Under the pieces are notes generated by a model that saw only the letters and a list, made by a program, of their open reading frames with translations, searched no databases and had not been told where the DNA came from. A DNA stretch of 63,661 bases, filler included, from Craspedostauros australis (taxonomy: Eukaryota), in assembly GCA_030167865.1 (NCBI GenBank). It is 13 parts of 13 records of this genome, joined end to end, with 100 filler letters (N's around TTAATTAATTAA, not from the genome) between each part and the next. Parts side by side here need not be neighbours in the genome. Positions count along the whole stretch, not along the records: positions 34,598 to 42,421 come from JALAGF010005148.1; positions 42,522 to 45,731 come from JALAGF010005149.1; positions 45,832 to 48,373 come from JALAGF010005150.1; positions 48,474 to 55,218 come from JALAGF010005151.1; 9 more parts are not named here. One strand, given 5' to 3'. Of this stretch, positions 38,645 to 49,655 are shown piece by piece. Position 1 is the first letter of the stretch, and the number at the start of each line of letters is the position of its first letter. The translations under genes were made by a program, and so were the position numbers.

Positions 38645-39421
38645 CTCAAGTTACATGTGCACGCACACGCACGCGCACAAACAAACACACGCAAATGTAT
38701 GTATGTGTCTATGTGTCTATGCGTATGTATGTGTGTGTGCACAACCCCTCTCCATTTCTAGAGAGGCCGGACTATACCTTAAGCCAGCAGGCAGGCAGAC
38801 AGACAGACAAGCAACATGTTACGAGTTACAAGTAAGTAACAAGCAATTGTTGCTGTTGCTGTTGCTGCTGTTGCCACACTGGCCCATTACCATCTAGTCT
38901 CTGAACCTTCCTCTTCGACTCGACTCGACTCGACTCGACTCGACTCGACTCGTATCGTGTCGTGCCAAAGAGGCTTGGATGCGGATCGTCCATTGTATCA
39001 TCTTTGAAGCTGTTACCATACCCTAGGTCATTACCCCGGCCCCATGCATGTCGCCATGATCATGGTTGGTGTTCAAAGTTTTAGGATGTCCCCGCAATTT
39101 GGCAATGTCGCACCATTCAGCAGTCAGCAGTCAGCAGTCAAGTTGTGTGTATGCATGAATGGTACTAGCTTCCCTTTCGGGTCACTTTTCGACGCGCAAA
39201 GCATCGATCTTCGCCTCATGATTTGCAATCAAGTGAAAGTGTCATGAGTCGCACCAAGTTGGCATAATGTGGATGATGCTGATAGTGGTAGTGATAGTGA
39301 TACATACACTGGTATTAGACAGATGTCTATACCTGTATTGTATCTGTATATCATACCGCATCATTCACACTATGTCGACTGGCACTTGCTCTTGATGTAG
39401 TGGATTGTGGTTGTTTGTTTC
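38645..39421 (-). ncRNA. Group IC1 self-splicing intron in LSU at CUGACGU|GCAAAUC
   Basis: U/G boundaries; P AAUUGCGGGGA, Q AUCCGCA, R GUUCAGAGACUAGA, S AAGGUAUAGUCC. P3 (AUUGCCA/UGGUAAU), P4 and P7 (GACUA/UAGUC) can pair. Confidence 0.92.
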
Positions 39422-39491
39422 ACGTCAGAATCCCTACGAGCCTCCACCAGAGTTTCCCCTGGCTTCACCCTATTCAAGCATAGTTCACCAT

Positions 39492-39620
39492 CTGTTGGTG
39501 TAGTTATTGTGGGGGTAGAATAAGTGGAAAGTAGAGAGTAGAGAGTAGGTAAAAGGTAAGTAAAGGGAAAGTGTGAGTTGTTGTTTGTTATCATTTGTTG
39601 TCGTTTGTTGGTGGCGTGTT
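39492..39620 (-). other. 3' part of a spliceosomal-type intron in LSU (5' end in gap)
   Basis: CTCAC, pyrimidine-rich tract, then CAG before ATGGTGAACTATGC. Confidence 0.72.
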
Positions 39621-39840
39621 NNNNNNNNNNNNNNNNNNNNNNNNNNNNNNNNNNNNNNNNNNNNNNNNNNNNNNNNNNNNNNNNNNNNNNNNNNNNNNNN
39701 NNNNNNNNNNNNNNNNNNNNNNNNNNNNNNNNNNNNNNNNNNNNNNNNCGGATTGTGCAAATATCCAACCACTGTCACTTTCATTGCGCATGGGAGTTTG
39801 CCACTCCTATACTCGCAGTTTTGTTAGACTCCTTGGTCCG

Positions 39841-39953
39841 CTGTAGTGCAAGAGAGCAAGGTAGAGTTGTAGAGTTGTAGAGTTGTAGAGAAGGAAAGAG
39901 GAAGAGAGATGGGTTGTCGTTAGTGGAATGAAGTTTGTGCAATGTGATGTGGT
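39841..39953 (-). other. 3' part of a spliceosomal-type intron in LSU (5' end in gap)
   Basis: CACTAAC, pyrimidine-rich tract, then CAG before CGGACCAAGGAG. Confidence 0.72.
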
Positions 39954-40668
39954 NNNNNNNNNNNNNNNNNNNNNNNNNNNNNNNNNNNNNNNNNNNNNNN
40001 NNNNNNNNNNNNNNNNNNNNNNNNNNNNNNNNNNNNNNNNNNNNNNNNNGGCAACGGAAGTCAACTCCTTCCGCGCCCTTCCGAAAGATCCAACCAACCG
40101 TGACTACAGCCAGCCACAGCGCCCAAGCCGCAAGCGGATAGGGAAATATGACAGAGCAGACACTGGTTTCCTTCGCTTCCCTTTCAGCAATTTCAGGTAC
40201 TCTTTAACTCTCTTTTCAAAGTTCTTTGCATCTTTCCCTCACGGTACTTGTGCGCTATCGGTCTCCCACCAATATTTAGCTTTAGATGGAATTTACCACC
40301 CGCTTTGAGCTGCAATCCCAAACAACTCGACTCTTTGACATGTAGTGTGTGTATGTTGTGTGTATGCATATGCATATATGTGTGTTCCTATTAGGCGTAC
40401 GGGAGTCTCACCCTCTCAGCTGCCCTGTTCCAAGGGACTTGGCCAGATTGGACAGATAACCATCGTTCAGCACAGTACAGTAAAGTACAGTAAACTGACC
40501 GACGATTCACATTAACGATTGGCTACAGTCTATAGACCACAATTCGGTGCAGTGCCGTCAACAGGCAACAATACTACTACCAGTAATAGTGATAGTAGTG
40601 ATACCGGTTGGACGGTTCGTGCACAGATTTACATCTTGAGCTTATCCCGCTTCAGTCGCCCTTACTAG

Positions 40669-40701
<33 letters not shown>

Positions 40702-41208
40702 ATTATATGCTGTGAGGGTAGGAGTAAAGTGGAGTGGAATGATGTGGAATAGAGTGGAGTGGAATGAAGTGTGAGTGGTGTGTCGGAGGGAAGTTGGTGC
40801 ATTCTGTTTCGTTCATGCTTCCCTAGTGGCAATCAAGAGTGATGGAGAAAACAAGTGAACAACCAGCNNNNNNNNNNNNNNNNNNNNNNNNNNNNNNNNN
40901 NNNNNNNNNNNNNNNNNATGTGTGTTCCTATTAGGCGTACGGGAGTCTCACCCTCTCAGCTGCCCTGTTCCAAGGGACTTGGCCAGATTGGACAGATAAC
41001 CGTCGTTCAGCACAGTACAGTAAAGTAAAGTAAACTGACCGACGATTCACATTAACGATTGGCTACAGTCTATAGACCACAATTCGGTGCAGTGCCGTCA
41101 ACAGGCAACAATACTAGTACCAGTTATAGTAATAATAATGGCGCCAGTTGGACGGTTCGTGCACAGATTTACATCTTGAGCTTATCCCGCTTCAGTCGCC
41201 CTTACTAG

Positions 41209-41241
<33 letters not shown>

Positions 41242-41249
41242 ATTATATG

Positions 41250-41456
41250 CTGTGAGGGTAGGAGTAAAGTGGAGTAAGGTGGAGTGGAGTGGAATGATGT
41301 GGAATAGAGTGGAATGAAGTGTGAGTGGTGTGTCGGAGGGGAGTTGGTGCATTCTGTTTCGTTCATGCTTCCCTAGTGGCAATCAAGAGTGATAGAGAAA
41401 ACGAGTGAACAACCAGCGGTGTCGCTGTGATTGCGCGAGATATTCGATTGACGTAC
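41250..41456 (-). other. Spliceosomal-type intron near the LSU 5' end (207 nt, GTACGT...CAG); variant partial copy at 40710-40867
   Basis: Excision restores GAATTTAAG|CATATAATTAAGCGGAGG. Confidence 0.9.
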
Positions 41457-41495
41457 CTTAAATTCGGCGGGTCCTCTTGCTTGAGCTGAGATCCG

Positions 41496-41915
41496 GAGTG
41501 AAGATACTATCATCGCACTACATACATAGTACATGGTACGGTGACAGCAGACCTGCTCCATTAGTGCCGAAACGCCAGATACAGCACTCCAAGACCAACA
41601 ACCATGTGTAAGTGACATTACTTTAGTCGGGGGCAGAACCAAAGTCCTTTCCCTTCCATCTACCAATGTCGGTTGTTAGTGGCATGCATCCAGGCGCGTG
41701 TTCAGCGCAGATGGGCATAGATCACGTGACGTGTGAATGAATGGGAGCATTCATGAATAATGAATGCGCATTCGTTCGTTCATCCGTTTCATCGGAGCGA
41801 TCGCGGGTTAGGCGACTGCACTGACAAACTCCAACAGCCATGCCACAACAATGTCGTCGTCGGATAGACCGGCAGACAGACAAAAGAAAGGCATTAGCGC
41901 TGAGTGGGGTTCACA
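41496..41915 (-). other. ITS2
   Basis: Position between 5.8S and LSU; boundaries approximate. Confidence 0.85.
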
Positions 41916-42071
41916 GACACTCAGACAAGCATGCTTTCGGGAAGATCCCGAAAGCGCAATGTGCGTTCAAAGTTTTGATGATTCACGAGGTTTTGCAATT
42001 CGCATTACGTATCGCATTTCGCTGCGTTCTTCATCGTTGTGGGAACCTAGACATCCATCGCTGAAAGTTGT
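41916..42071 (-). rRNA. 5.8S rRNA (stramenopile/diatom-like)
   Basis: ACAACTTTCAGCGATGGATGTCTAGG...GATGAAGAACGCAGCGAAATGCGATACGTAATGCGAATTGCA...TTTGAACGCACATTGCGC. Confidence 0.97.
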
Positions 42072-42379
42072 ACTAGATTAGTTTTGTTAGCTGTCGCGCG
42101 CTCCCGTTCGCCGATCTGCGACTACTGGTAAAAGAAGGAGCGGATCGAGGCTCGCGGTATGCGCGCAGACAGTACCAGGTTTAGGTCTTGTTGTCATTTC
42201 TCGTGGTTTGTGGAAAATGTTCATCAAGTAAAGTGATAGTGAGTGATATCAATAGTGTTAATATCAGTATCAATATACACAATACAGTGATGAGCAATGA
42301 TCGGTTGTTCGACGCAGGCGGTTGTTACGCGCCGTTGTCTATTATTTCGCATGAGTGGTAAGATCTTGGATCTGTGCGG
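42072..42379 (-). other. ITS1
   Basis: Between the SSU 3' end and 5.8S. Confidence 0.85.
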
Positions 42380-42402
42380 TAATGATCCTTCCGCAGGTTC
42401 AC
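42380..42402 (-). rRNA. SSU (18S) rRNA 3' terminus
   Basis: GTGAACCTGCGGAAGGATCATTA. Confidence 0.95.
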
Positions 42403-42779
42403 CTGTAGATCGGAAGAGTAANNNNNNNNNNNNNNNNNNNNNNNNNNNNNNNNNNNNNNNNNNNNTTAATTAATTAANNNNNNNNNNNNNNNNNNNNNNN
42501 NNNNNNNNNNNNNNNNNNNNNTCATCCGTCAAACTCATCAGCACCACAAGCCTCCTCCATCAGTACAAAGGAGAGAACATCATCGTGGAAGCTACCAACA
42601 TCAAGCTGAGCGGTATCCCAGGAAACGAAGAACGAGGATCCATCGTCGCCCACAACCGGAAAGCAAATCGTCTTCCCACATCACGTGCCTACCGCACAGG
42701 CGACCTCTCCGACGTGCCAGCCGCGCTCANNNNNNNNNNNNNNNNNNNNNNNNNNNNNNNNNNNNNNNNNNNNNNNNNN

Positions 42780-43131
42780 GGTGAGTATGTGATGATGGCG
42801 CAGGAGGAATACTGAGGAACCGAAGGTCAAGTGGGATCGATCAGACTGAGACCCATGCTGAAGATACCTGTGCGTCTATGAGAGATGCTGCTCGAATGTA
42901 GAAGATGCAATCACCACGAGAATGCATGATGAATCTGCAGAAGAGAGCATGAGAGCAAGNNNNNNNNNNNNNNNNNNNNNNNNNNNNNNNNNNNNNNNNN
43001 NNNNNNNNNNNNNNNNNNNNNNNNNNNNNNNNNNNNNNNNNNNNNNAGAGTCAAGGAGTTTGTTCTCACAGTTCTAAATTGGTACAGATTGATAACAGAT
43101 TAATCTACTACCTAACCCCGGATTTCCAACA
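42780..43131 (+). mobile_element. 3' part of a family A-like LTR inserted in a copia pol gene
   Basis: Ends ACAGTTCTAAA...CCCCGGATTTCCAACA immediately before the HYRLGH codons. Confidence 0.75.
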
Positions 43132-45731
43132 GCACTACCGACTCGGGCACCTCTCCTTCCGACGTGTGCAATTTCTACTTCGATCAGGTGCACTCGTCAA
43201 CACCGAGGCATCACGAAAAATGCAAACAGCAGCCGCCCGTGTGCAGGAGTGCCCGCTATGTGCGGCATGCCAATTCGGCAAACAACACCGCAGACCTACG
43301 CCAGGCACAACACAGCACGCAATACTGGACCGACAGGGNGTGATCAAAACGGATCATCTCTTCCCTGGCCAACAGGTCTCCGTGGATCACTTCGTGGGAC
43401 GCACGCTGGGCCGCCTGTTCACTGGAAGGGGCAAATCCGACGCCTCGGAGATGTACAAGGGCGGAGCGATGTTTGTGGACCATGCATCAGGCTACATTCA
43501 CGTCGAACCTGTTGCGTCCCTCACCACTCATGCAACCCTCGAAGCCAAGACACGATTTGAGTCCATGTGCCGCGATGTGGGAGTACCAGTGCGCTCCTAT
43601 CTCTCGGACAATGCCACCACCTTCACATCTCCAGACTACACCAAACACCTTGAGCGCTTCCACCAAGTGCATCGTTTCGCTGGAGTCGGTGCTCACCATC
43701 ACAACGGAGTGGCTGAGCGGAGCATCCGCACCATCATTTCAATGGCACGCACAATGATGATGCATCAGAGCATTCACTGGCCGACGATGTTTGACGCACA
43801 GCATTGGCCCATGGCAGTCGTGCATGCAGCGTACATCCATAATCGAGTCCCCAACGCAGCCACCGGATTGACACCGATGGACATCCTGTCGCGTACTCGC
43901 ATCCCGCTGAAGCAGCTCCACAACCTTCACGTGTGGGGCAGCCCAGTGTACGTATTGAACAAAGCTCTCGGCGATGGTCGCAAGATCCCACGATGGGAAC
44001 CACGCGGAGAACGATACGTTAACATGGGTCTCTCCACCCGTCACGCATCAACGGTCCCCCTCGTGTTGTCACCACGGACAGGATCCATCACTCCGCAATT
44101 TCACGTCGTTTTTGACGACTGGTTCGCAACCATCGCAACCAACCCAAGCGACCTTCCCGACTACAACACCAATGAGTGGACCCACATGTTCGGCGATACA
44201 ACCTACCAAATCCCTTTCGACGACGAAGACATCATCGCCATGGAAGAAAGAGATATCGAACGTGAAGACGCAAACGATCACCGACGGTTTCACTCCATCA
44301 ACGATGCGCCGATGCCACCGCCATCATCAGGCGCGCAACCGGCACCCACGCGAACTCCGATCAACACAGATTCACCAGCTCACATTTTGGAACAGCCGTC
44401 GAAACCGGAAATGAACAGCGACACAACACCAGTCGATCAAGTGCAACCACCTCAACCAACCTCCCAACCAGCGGATACTGTTGAAGATCACACACGCACA
44501 CCACCAATGCCACCAACAGAGGGAGGCGAGGAGCCGAAAGAACGTGCCGTCACAACTCCGCCAAACCCGTTGCCACCAACAGAGGGAGCGACAAATGATG
44601 ACGAAAGTGGTGAAATGCCGATCGCAAGTGATTCCCCTCCAGCTTCGCCACCTCGTGAACCCATTCACGCGCCAACGAAAAGAGACAAGGCAAAATCATC
44701 CAAGCNACCTCCACTTCGCCGCTCGGAGCGTATCAACAAACGAGAGCCACGAGAACGCAAAACCGTCGAGCGACTCACCTACAACAAGTTAGGGGGCAAA
44801 GTCGTGTGGGCAGATGACGACACGGTACCCATTGAATCTAGCGCCAACGTGACAACTCAACACACAGGTAACCACAGCAAGACCCAAGCGGTACAGAGCA
44901 TGAAGAAGGTCCTGCAGGAGTNNNNNNNNNNNNNNNNNNNNNNNNNNNNNNNNNNNNNNNNNNNNNNNNNNACAGAGCATGAAGAAGGTCCTGCAGGAGT
45001 GCCGCCAGTCGCTAATGGAGTTCACGGAGCACCCTGACGACCAGGTAACACAAAAGGCCAAGGTCCTGGTCCGTGACGCGGAATCCATGCTCCGGAAAGT
45101 GAAAACCATCGATACCGAAGAGCTACGAAAGGACGAACGGCGTTGGGCGCAGGGCGACCTCGAAATGGAACGGATGCTGCGTGCAAGGCAGCTCGAGATC
45201 CGGGCCGAGATGCGCAGGGAACAAGAGGAGGCGNCGGCCGATGAAGCAACATCGCCGCATGAACACCACATCCTCATGATGAGCAACCAATCCGGCTCGT
45301 CCTCAGAGGACGACGACTCATTCCCCGGCCATACCATGGACCCCATCGATATCGGTCACCTGTGGCCGCACCACATCAACATCACTCGACACATCCGTCA
45401 CTACTTTGATCATGTGGTGCAGTTCCGATTCCCGACGGAAGCTGCAAGGAGCCAGTGCCTTTACTACGCCATCCGTAGATTTGTTGACGCCGTCGACGAA
45501 ATGCTCGAAACAGGTGAGTATCACCTCCCCGTCTCGTACTTCGGATTCATACCACGTGTACAAGGCCAACGGTATACCCTGGAACGAGCCATCGCGGCCA
45601 TGGAGAACGGTCTACGACCACCGGACGAAGATGAACGGGTACAGGATTTCATGCGACGAGCGGGCTTCGCGTGGCATCTCATCACGCATGACGAGCGATT
45701 TGAGATCGGAATACTTCACTTGCACATCCAG
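43132..45731 (+). mobile_element. Ty1/copia (CoDi-like) integrase and long linker
   Basis: HYRLGH...CAACQFGK zinc finger; SVDHF, YLSDN and NGVAERSIR DDE motifs; Pro-rich linker follows. 42522-42729 is probably the upstream part of the same pol. Confidence 0.92.
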
Positions 45732-45831
45732 NNNNNNNNNNNNNNNNNNNNNNNNNNNNNNNNNNNNNNNNNNNNTTAATTAATTAANNNNNNNNNNNNN
45801 NNNNNNNNNNNNNNNNNNNNNNNNNNNNNNN

Positions 45832-47373
45832 ATTGACAGGTCGAATGCTGTTGCGTACTTGAACTGTTCCAGCTTCTGGAGCATGTCCTGTATTTTTGGC
45901 AACGGATACGGTCGCTGTTTCAGGTGCTTATTGAGCTCCCGAAAATCAGTTAGTACTCGGACATCTCCTGTCTTCTTTGGCTGGATGAAGCTGGGTGCAG
46001 CCCAGTCACTATTGGAGAACTTCTCCCACACTCCGATCGTCTCAAATTGTTTGCTCTCCTTCTTTGTTACCCGCTCATAGGCTTTGGGCACNGGAAAGGC
46101 TTTGCCATGGAATGGCTTTGCATTTGATTTGAGCTCCAGATGTACTGGACTGATCTTCAACGTACCCAGGCCTCCTTTGAAGGTCTTTGGTGTATGTTGG
46201 AGTGTTGCAAGCAGCTTTTGTTGTTGCGCTTCGCTGAGATGGCTCAGCTTGGACACGTATTTATCCAGCTCTATCTCGCTGTAGTCAGCATCCATGATTC
46301 GCTTCTGCCTATCTTCTGCTTTGTTGAGCAGGGTAGACTGCATCGCTATCTGGTATGCGATGTTGAGTGCTTCCTTGTCTGTCAGCACTCCACGATTCTT
46401 CATTGGGATTGTGCTATTATCCCATGTCATTGTGTTATCTGAGAATGACAAGTCTATTCCGAGCTCATGCATCAAATCTGTACCCACGATCATATCGTAT
46501 TGGGCATTCTCAGCTTGCGTTGTTTCATCAACGTGCATGGTCCAACGGATTGACTTATGTAGGTGGAATTCGGGCAGCACTAGATTGATCGTGGCCAGGC
46601 TGGACGTATAGAAGTTGCCGCCCATTGTTTTCCACTTCATGAGTCCACTTTTGTGTCTCAGTGTGCGAGGAGCATACTTTCTCAGTATCAGGCAGCTTGA
46701 TGTGCCAGAGTCTAGCAGGACACGCATTCGTACCAATTCGCCTTTGCTATCAACCGTTTCACCAATAATTTCGGTGGACATATGGTTATGCTTACTGCGC
46801 TTGGCCTTTCGACTAGCCAGACTATAGCAAATTGCTGCACATTTGTGTGTAGGCGTTGAGTATTCTGTAGATGCGCTGCTACTAGAGCGGTTATCATTAT
46901 TGTCCTGGTTCAATTGANNNNNNNNNNNNNNNNNNNNNNNNNNNNNNNNNNNNNNNNNNNNNNNNNNTAATTCGCCTTTGCTATCAACCGTTTCACCAAT
47001 AATTTCGGTGGACATATGGTCATGTTTACTGCGCTTGGCCTTTCGGCTAGCTAGACTATAGCAAATTGCTGCACATTTGTGTGTAGGCGTTGAGTATTCT
47101 GTAGATGCACTGCTACTAGAGCGATTATCATTATTGTCCTGGTTCAATTGACGCAGGTAGTTGGCATTTTCATCAACTACATCGGCAATGCGACGCTTCT
47201 TCTTCAGATTCCTCTTGCTTGGTAAGGATCGGACGAGTTGATGAAAGACCTCTTGGGTCAAGACCACATTGAGGTTCTCATCACTCTTGTTGGAAGCCTT
47301 TTTTGTCTTCGGACGGGACGCGCCAACCGCTTGGGCGGAGGCTTGCGTTCTTCGGATCATTCCAGCACTCACT
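45832..47373 (-). mobile_element. Ty3/gypsy protease and RT N-terminus
   Basis: VLLDSGTS; WAAPSFIQPKKTGDVRVLTDFRELNK...YPLPKIQD...AFDLS, with protease directly followed by RT. Confidence 0.92.
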
Positions 47374-48373
47374 TGTGCAGATTTAGTGCCAATTCCCGAA
47401 TCTGGCCGAATCCGAACAATGAGTGTCGATGGACAGACGATACCGCACAAACCACNNNNNNNNNNNNNNNNNNNNNNNNNNNNNNNNNNNNNNNNNNNNN
47501 NNNNNTTTGGAAGTAAAACAAAATGAATGGCTGTTGTTGGTTTGCGCCTGGAATTGGTATCTTTTGCCGGGACTGTGGGAACAGAATATTGTGCAGATTT
47601 AGTGCCAATTCCCGAATCTGGCCGAATCCGAACAATGAGTGTCGATGGACAGACGATACCGCACAAACCACGCGTAGGATCCACGTTGAGCAAATGACCG
47701 CTCCGCACAGTCATAATTTTCAGAACAGACAGGTTTCACCCCCCCCAACACCTCCGGTCACGTGAAAAACCTGCACACGCTTCCTCTGCGCAACGTGAAA
47801 CACGCGCTCTGATCGTTTCGTTTGGTCGCACGCACCAAAAACAACAACAACAACGAAACTCGAAGAGCGACCATGGCGGATCAAGGCAACCAACCCAACG
47901 ACGCCACAGCCGCAACCGCACCTGCAGGACAAGCAGCTGTGCAACCACAGGCAGCACAGCAACAGCCACAAGCAGGAGGACAGCCCATCACTCTGAACAT
48001 GGCACAACTCGTCCAAATCATCCAGCAGCAAGTGGCAGCACAAGTCCAAGCAGCAGCAGCAGCACAGCCAGTCGTCCAAGCCAATCCGAATCTGCCAGCC
48101 AACCAGCAACCAGCACAGTTTGCTGTAACACCATATGGATCCCTCATCGATCCAACAACCAAGACAGGCGCTGCTCTCATCAAGACAGCACAAGAGAAGC
48201 TCAGNGACGACAAGTTCGAAGGNGCTCCAGANAACATCAACGTCTTCCTCGCCAACATTCGCACTCGCGCGATGATGATGCAATGCATCGACATCTTCCA
48301 AGTCGCCACAACAACAGGCATGTACAACATCCTCGACAACTATCCACTCACCACCATCGACCATGTGCGCACC
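47374..48373 (+). mobile_element. Probable LTR (47374 to about 47731) and gag N-terminus (from ATG 47873) of an element inserted in the gypsy
   Basis: Gypsy ORF breaks at TGTGCAG; internal direct repeat; ORF FAVTP...IDPTTKTG...A.EKL..DKFE resembles diatom copia gag starts. Confidence 0.5.
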
Positions 48374-49655
48374 NNNNNNNNNNNNNNNNNNNNNNNNNNN
48401 NNNNNNNNNNNNNNNNNTTAATTAATTAANNNNNNNNNNNNNNNNNNNNNNNNNNNNNNNNNNNNNNNNNNNNATCCAACAAGCCGATCCGGCGCCAAAT
48501 TGGGACGTTTGCGCGGGGGCCTGCCGCCGCCCCAAATGAACCGCTCTTCCCGCCTCCGTTCGTCTACCCACCAAACGTTGCGTGGAGGTTACGGCGATGT
48601 GCTTGAATCTTGAATTGGCCGGCTGGTTGTTGCGGCGCCAAGCATACCGTTGGGCGGCCATTGTGGATGTTTTTTGGGTGTGGCTCCATTNNNNNNNNNN
48701 NNNNNNNNNNNNNNNNNNNNNNNNNNNNNNNNNNNNNNNNCTGGTTGTTGCGGCGCCAAGCATACCGTTGGGCGGCCATTGTGGATGTTTTTTGGGTGTG
48801 GCTCCATTTTCATGTTGGTGTGTCAAGTTTGCCACTCTCAACCGGCCTCGCATGTTGGGGGATGGGGAGATTTACCTCCAATTGTACCGACTGTCCAAAA
48901 AGACCACGACACAAAACACTCGAGGAGTACCAACCCCACTCAACCACTTCGCCACGACGAAGCAGACCTGATGNTGNTNCGCATCGNGNTNTNATTGGTG
49001 TTTCATGACGAAGTATCCAGTTTCGTGACGTCGATGACGGATTGGACAAGCACATGGTTGAATGCATGTAAACACAAATCTACCGCTTCTCCCCAAAACT
49101 CCACAACTAGTGCTATCGTGGAGGGACTGTTGGATGGTCTCATCCGAACACCTGAAAAAGAGACTAAACAATTCAAAATCGGAACAAAGTCGCTGAAACA
49201 AAGAACAGCAAAGGGTTAAATTGGATCGATGTAGTCGGATGTCAAAGGCTGAAACCCGAAAGAGATCGGAAAATGCGCATATCCATCGGTCCATAAAAGT
49301 TAAAATAGGATCTAACTCAAAAATGTAATGGTTAATTATGTGTATTAGACCTACAAGTATTATGAATATGTGCTTGGTTAGTATGTAGGAGAGAAAATTT
49401 CTGGAGGTCTATTTCAAACGATTGGTCGACTCACTGATCGGGCTCTTAGCATTGTACGTGTTTGCGCTTGTGGTGACGAAGGTCCTGGAGCACAGCAGGT
49501 AACACAACAACAGAGTTGAATTGAGTGGGGGTGATGTAATTGTATAGTGCTTCTATGATGTGATACGAGTTGGTAAGTATGAATGCGAGAATGAACAAGT
49601 CAATTGTTTCATCTCATGTCGGTGGGGTCAGTGCTGCCGTTGCTAATGCGCATCT

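Larger units (their letters stand above)
34598..41495 (-). rRNA. LSU (28S) rRNA gene, 5' end through the helix 69-71 region, heavily intron-split
   Basis: Conserved blocks in the correct order on the minus strand: ACCCGCCGAATTTAAG/CATA, CGGACCAAGGAGTCT, CTGACGT/GCAAATCG, AGCTGGTTCCCTCCG, GACTCTCTTAAG/GTAGC. Confidence 0.97.

Noticed and set aside
37825..39421. Treating the two long LSU insertions as spliceosomal introns
   Set aside because: They lack GT donors and contain complete group I cores.
35012..42081. ORFs overlapping the rDNA and possible homing endonucleases in the group I introns
   Set aside because: Short, gap-spanning or repeat-derived; no His-Cys box or LAGLIDADG motif seen.
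42407..42418. AGATCGGAAGAG at the scaffold end
   Set aside because: Matches the Illumina adapter prefix; likely technical and not used as evidence.
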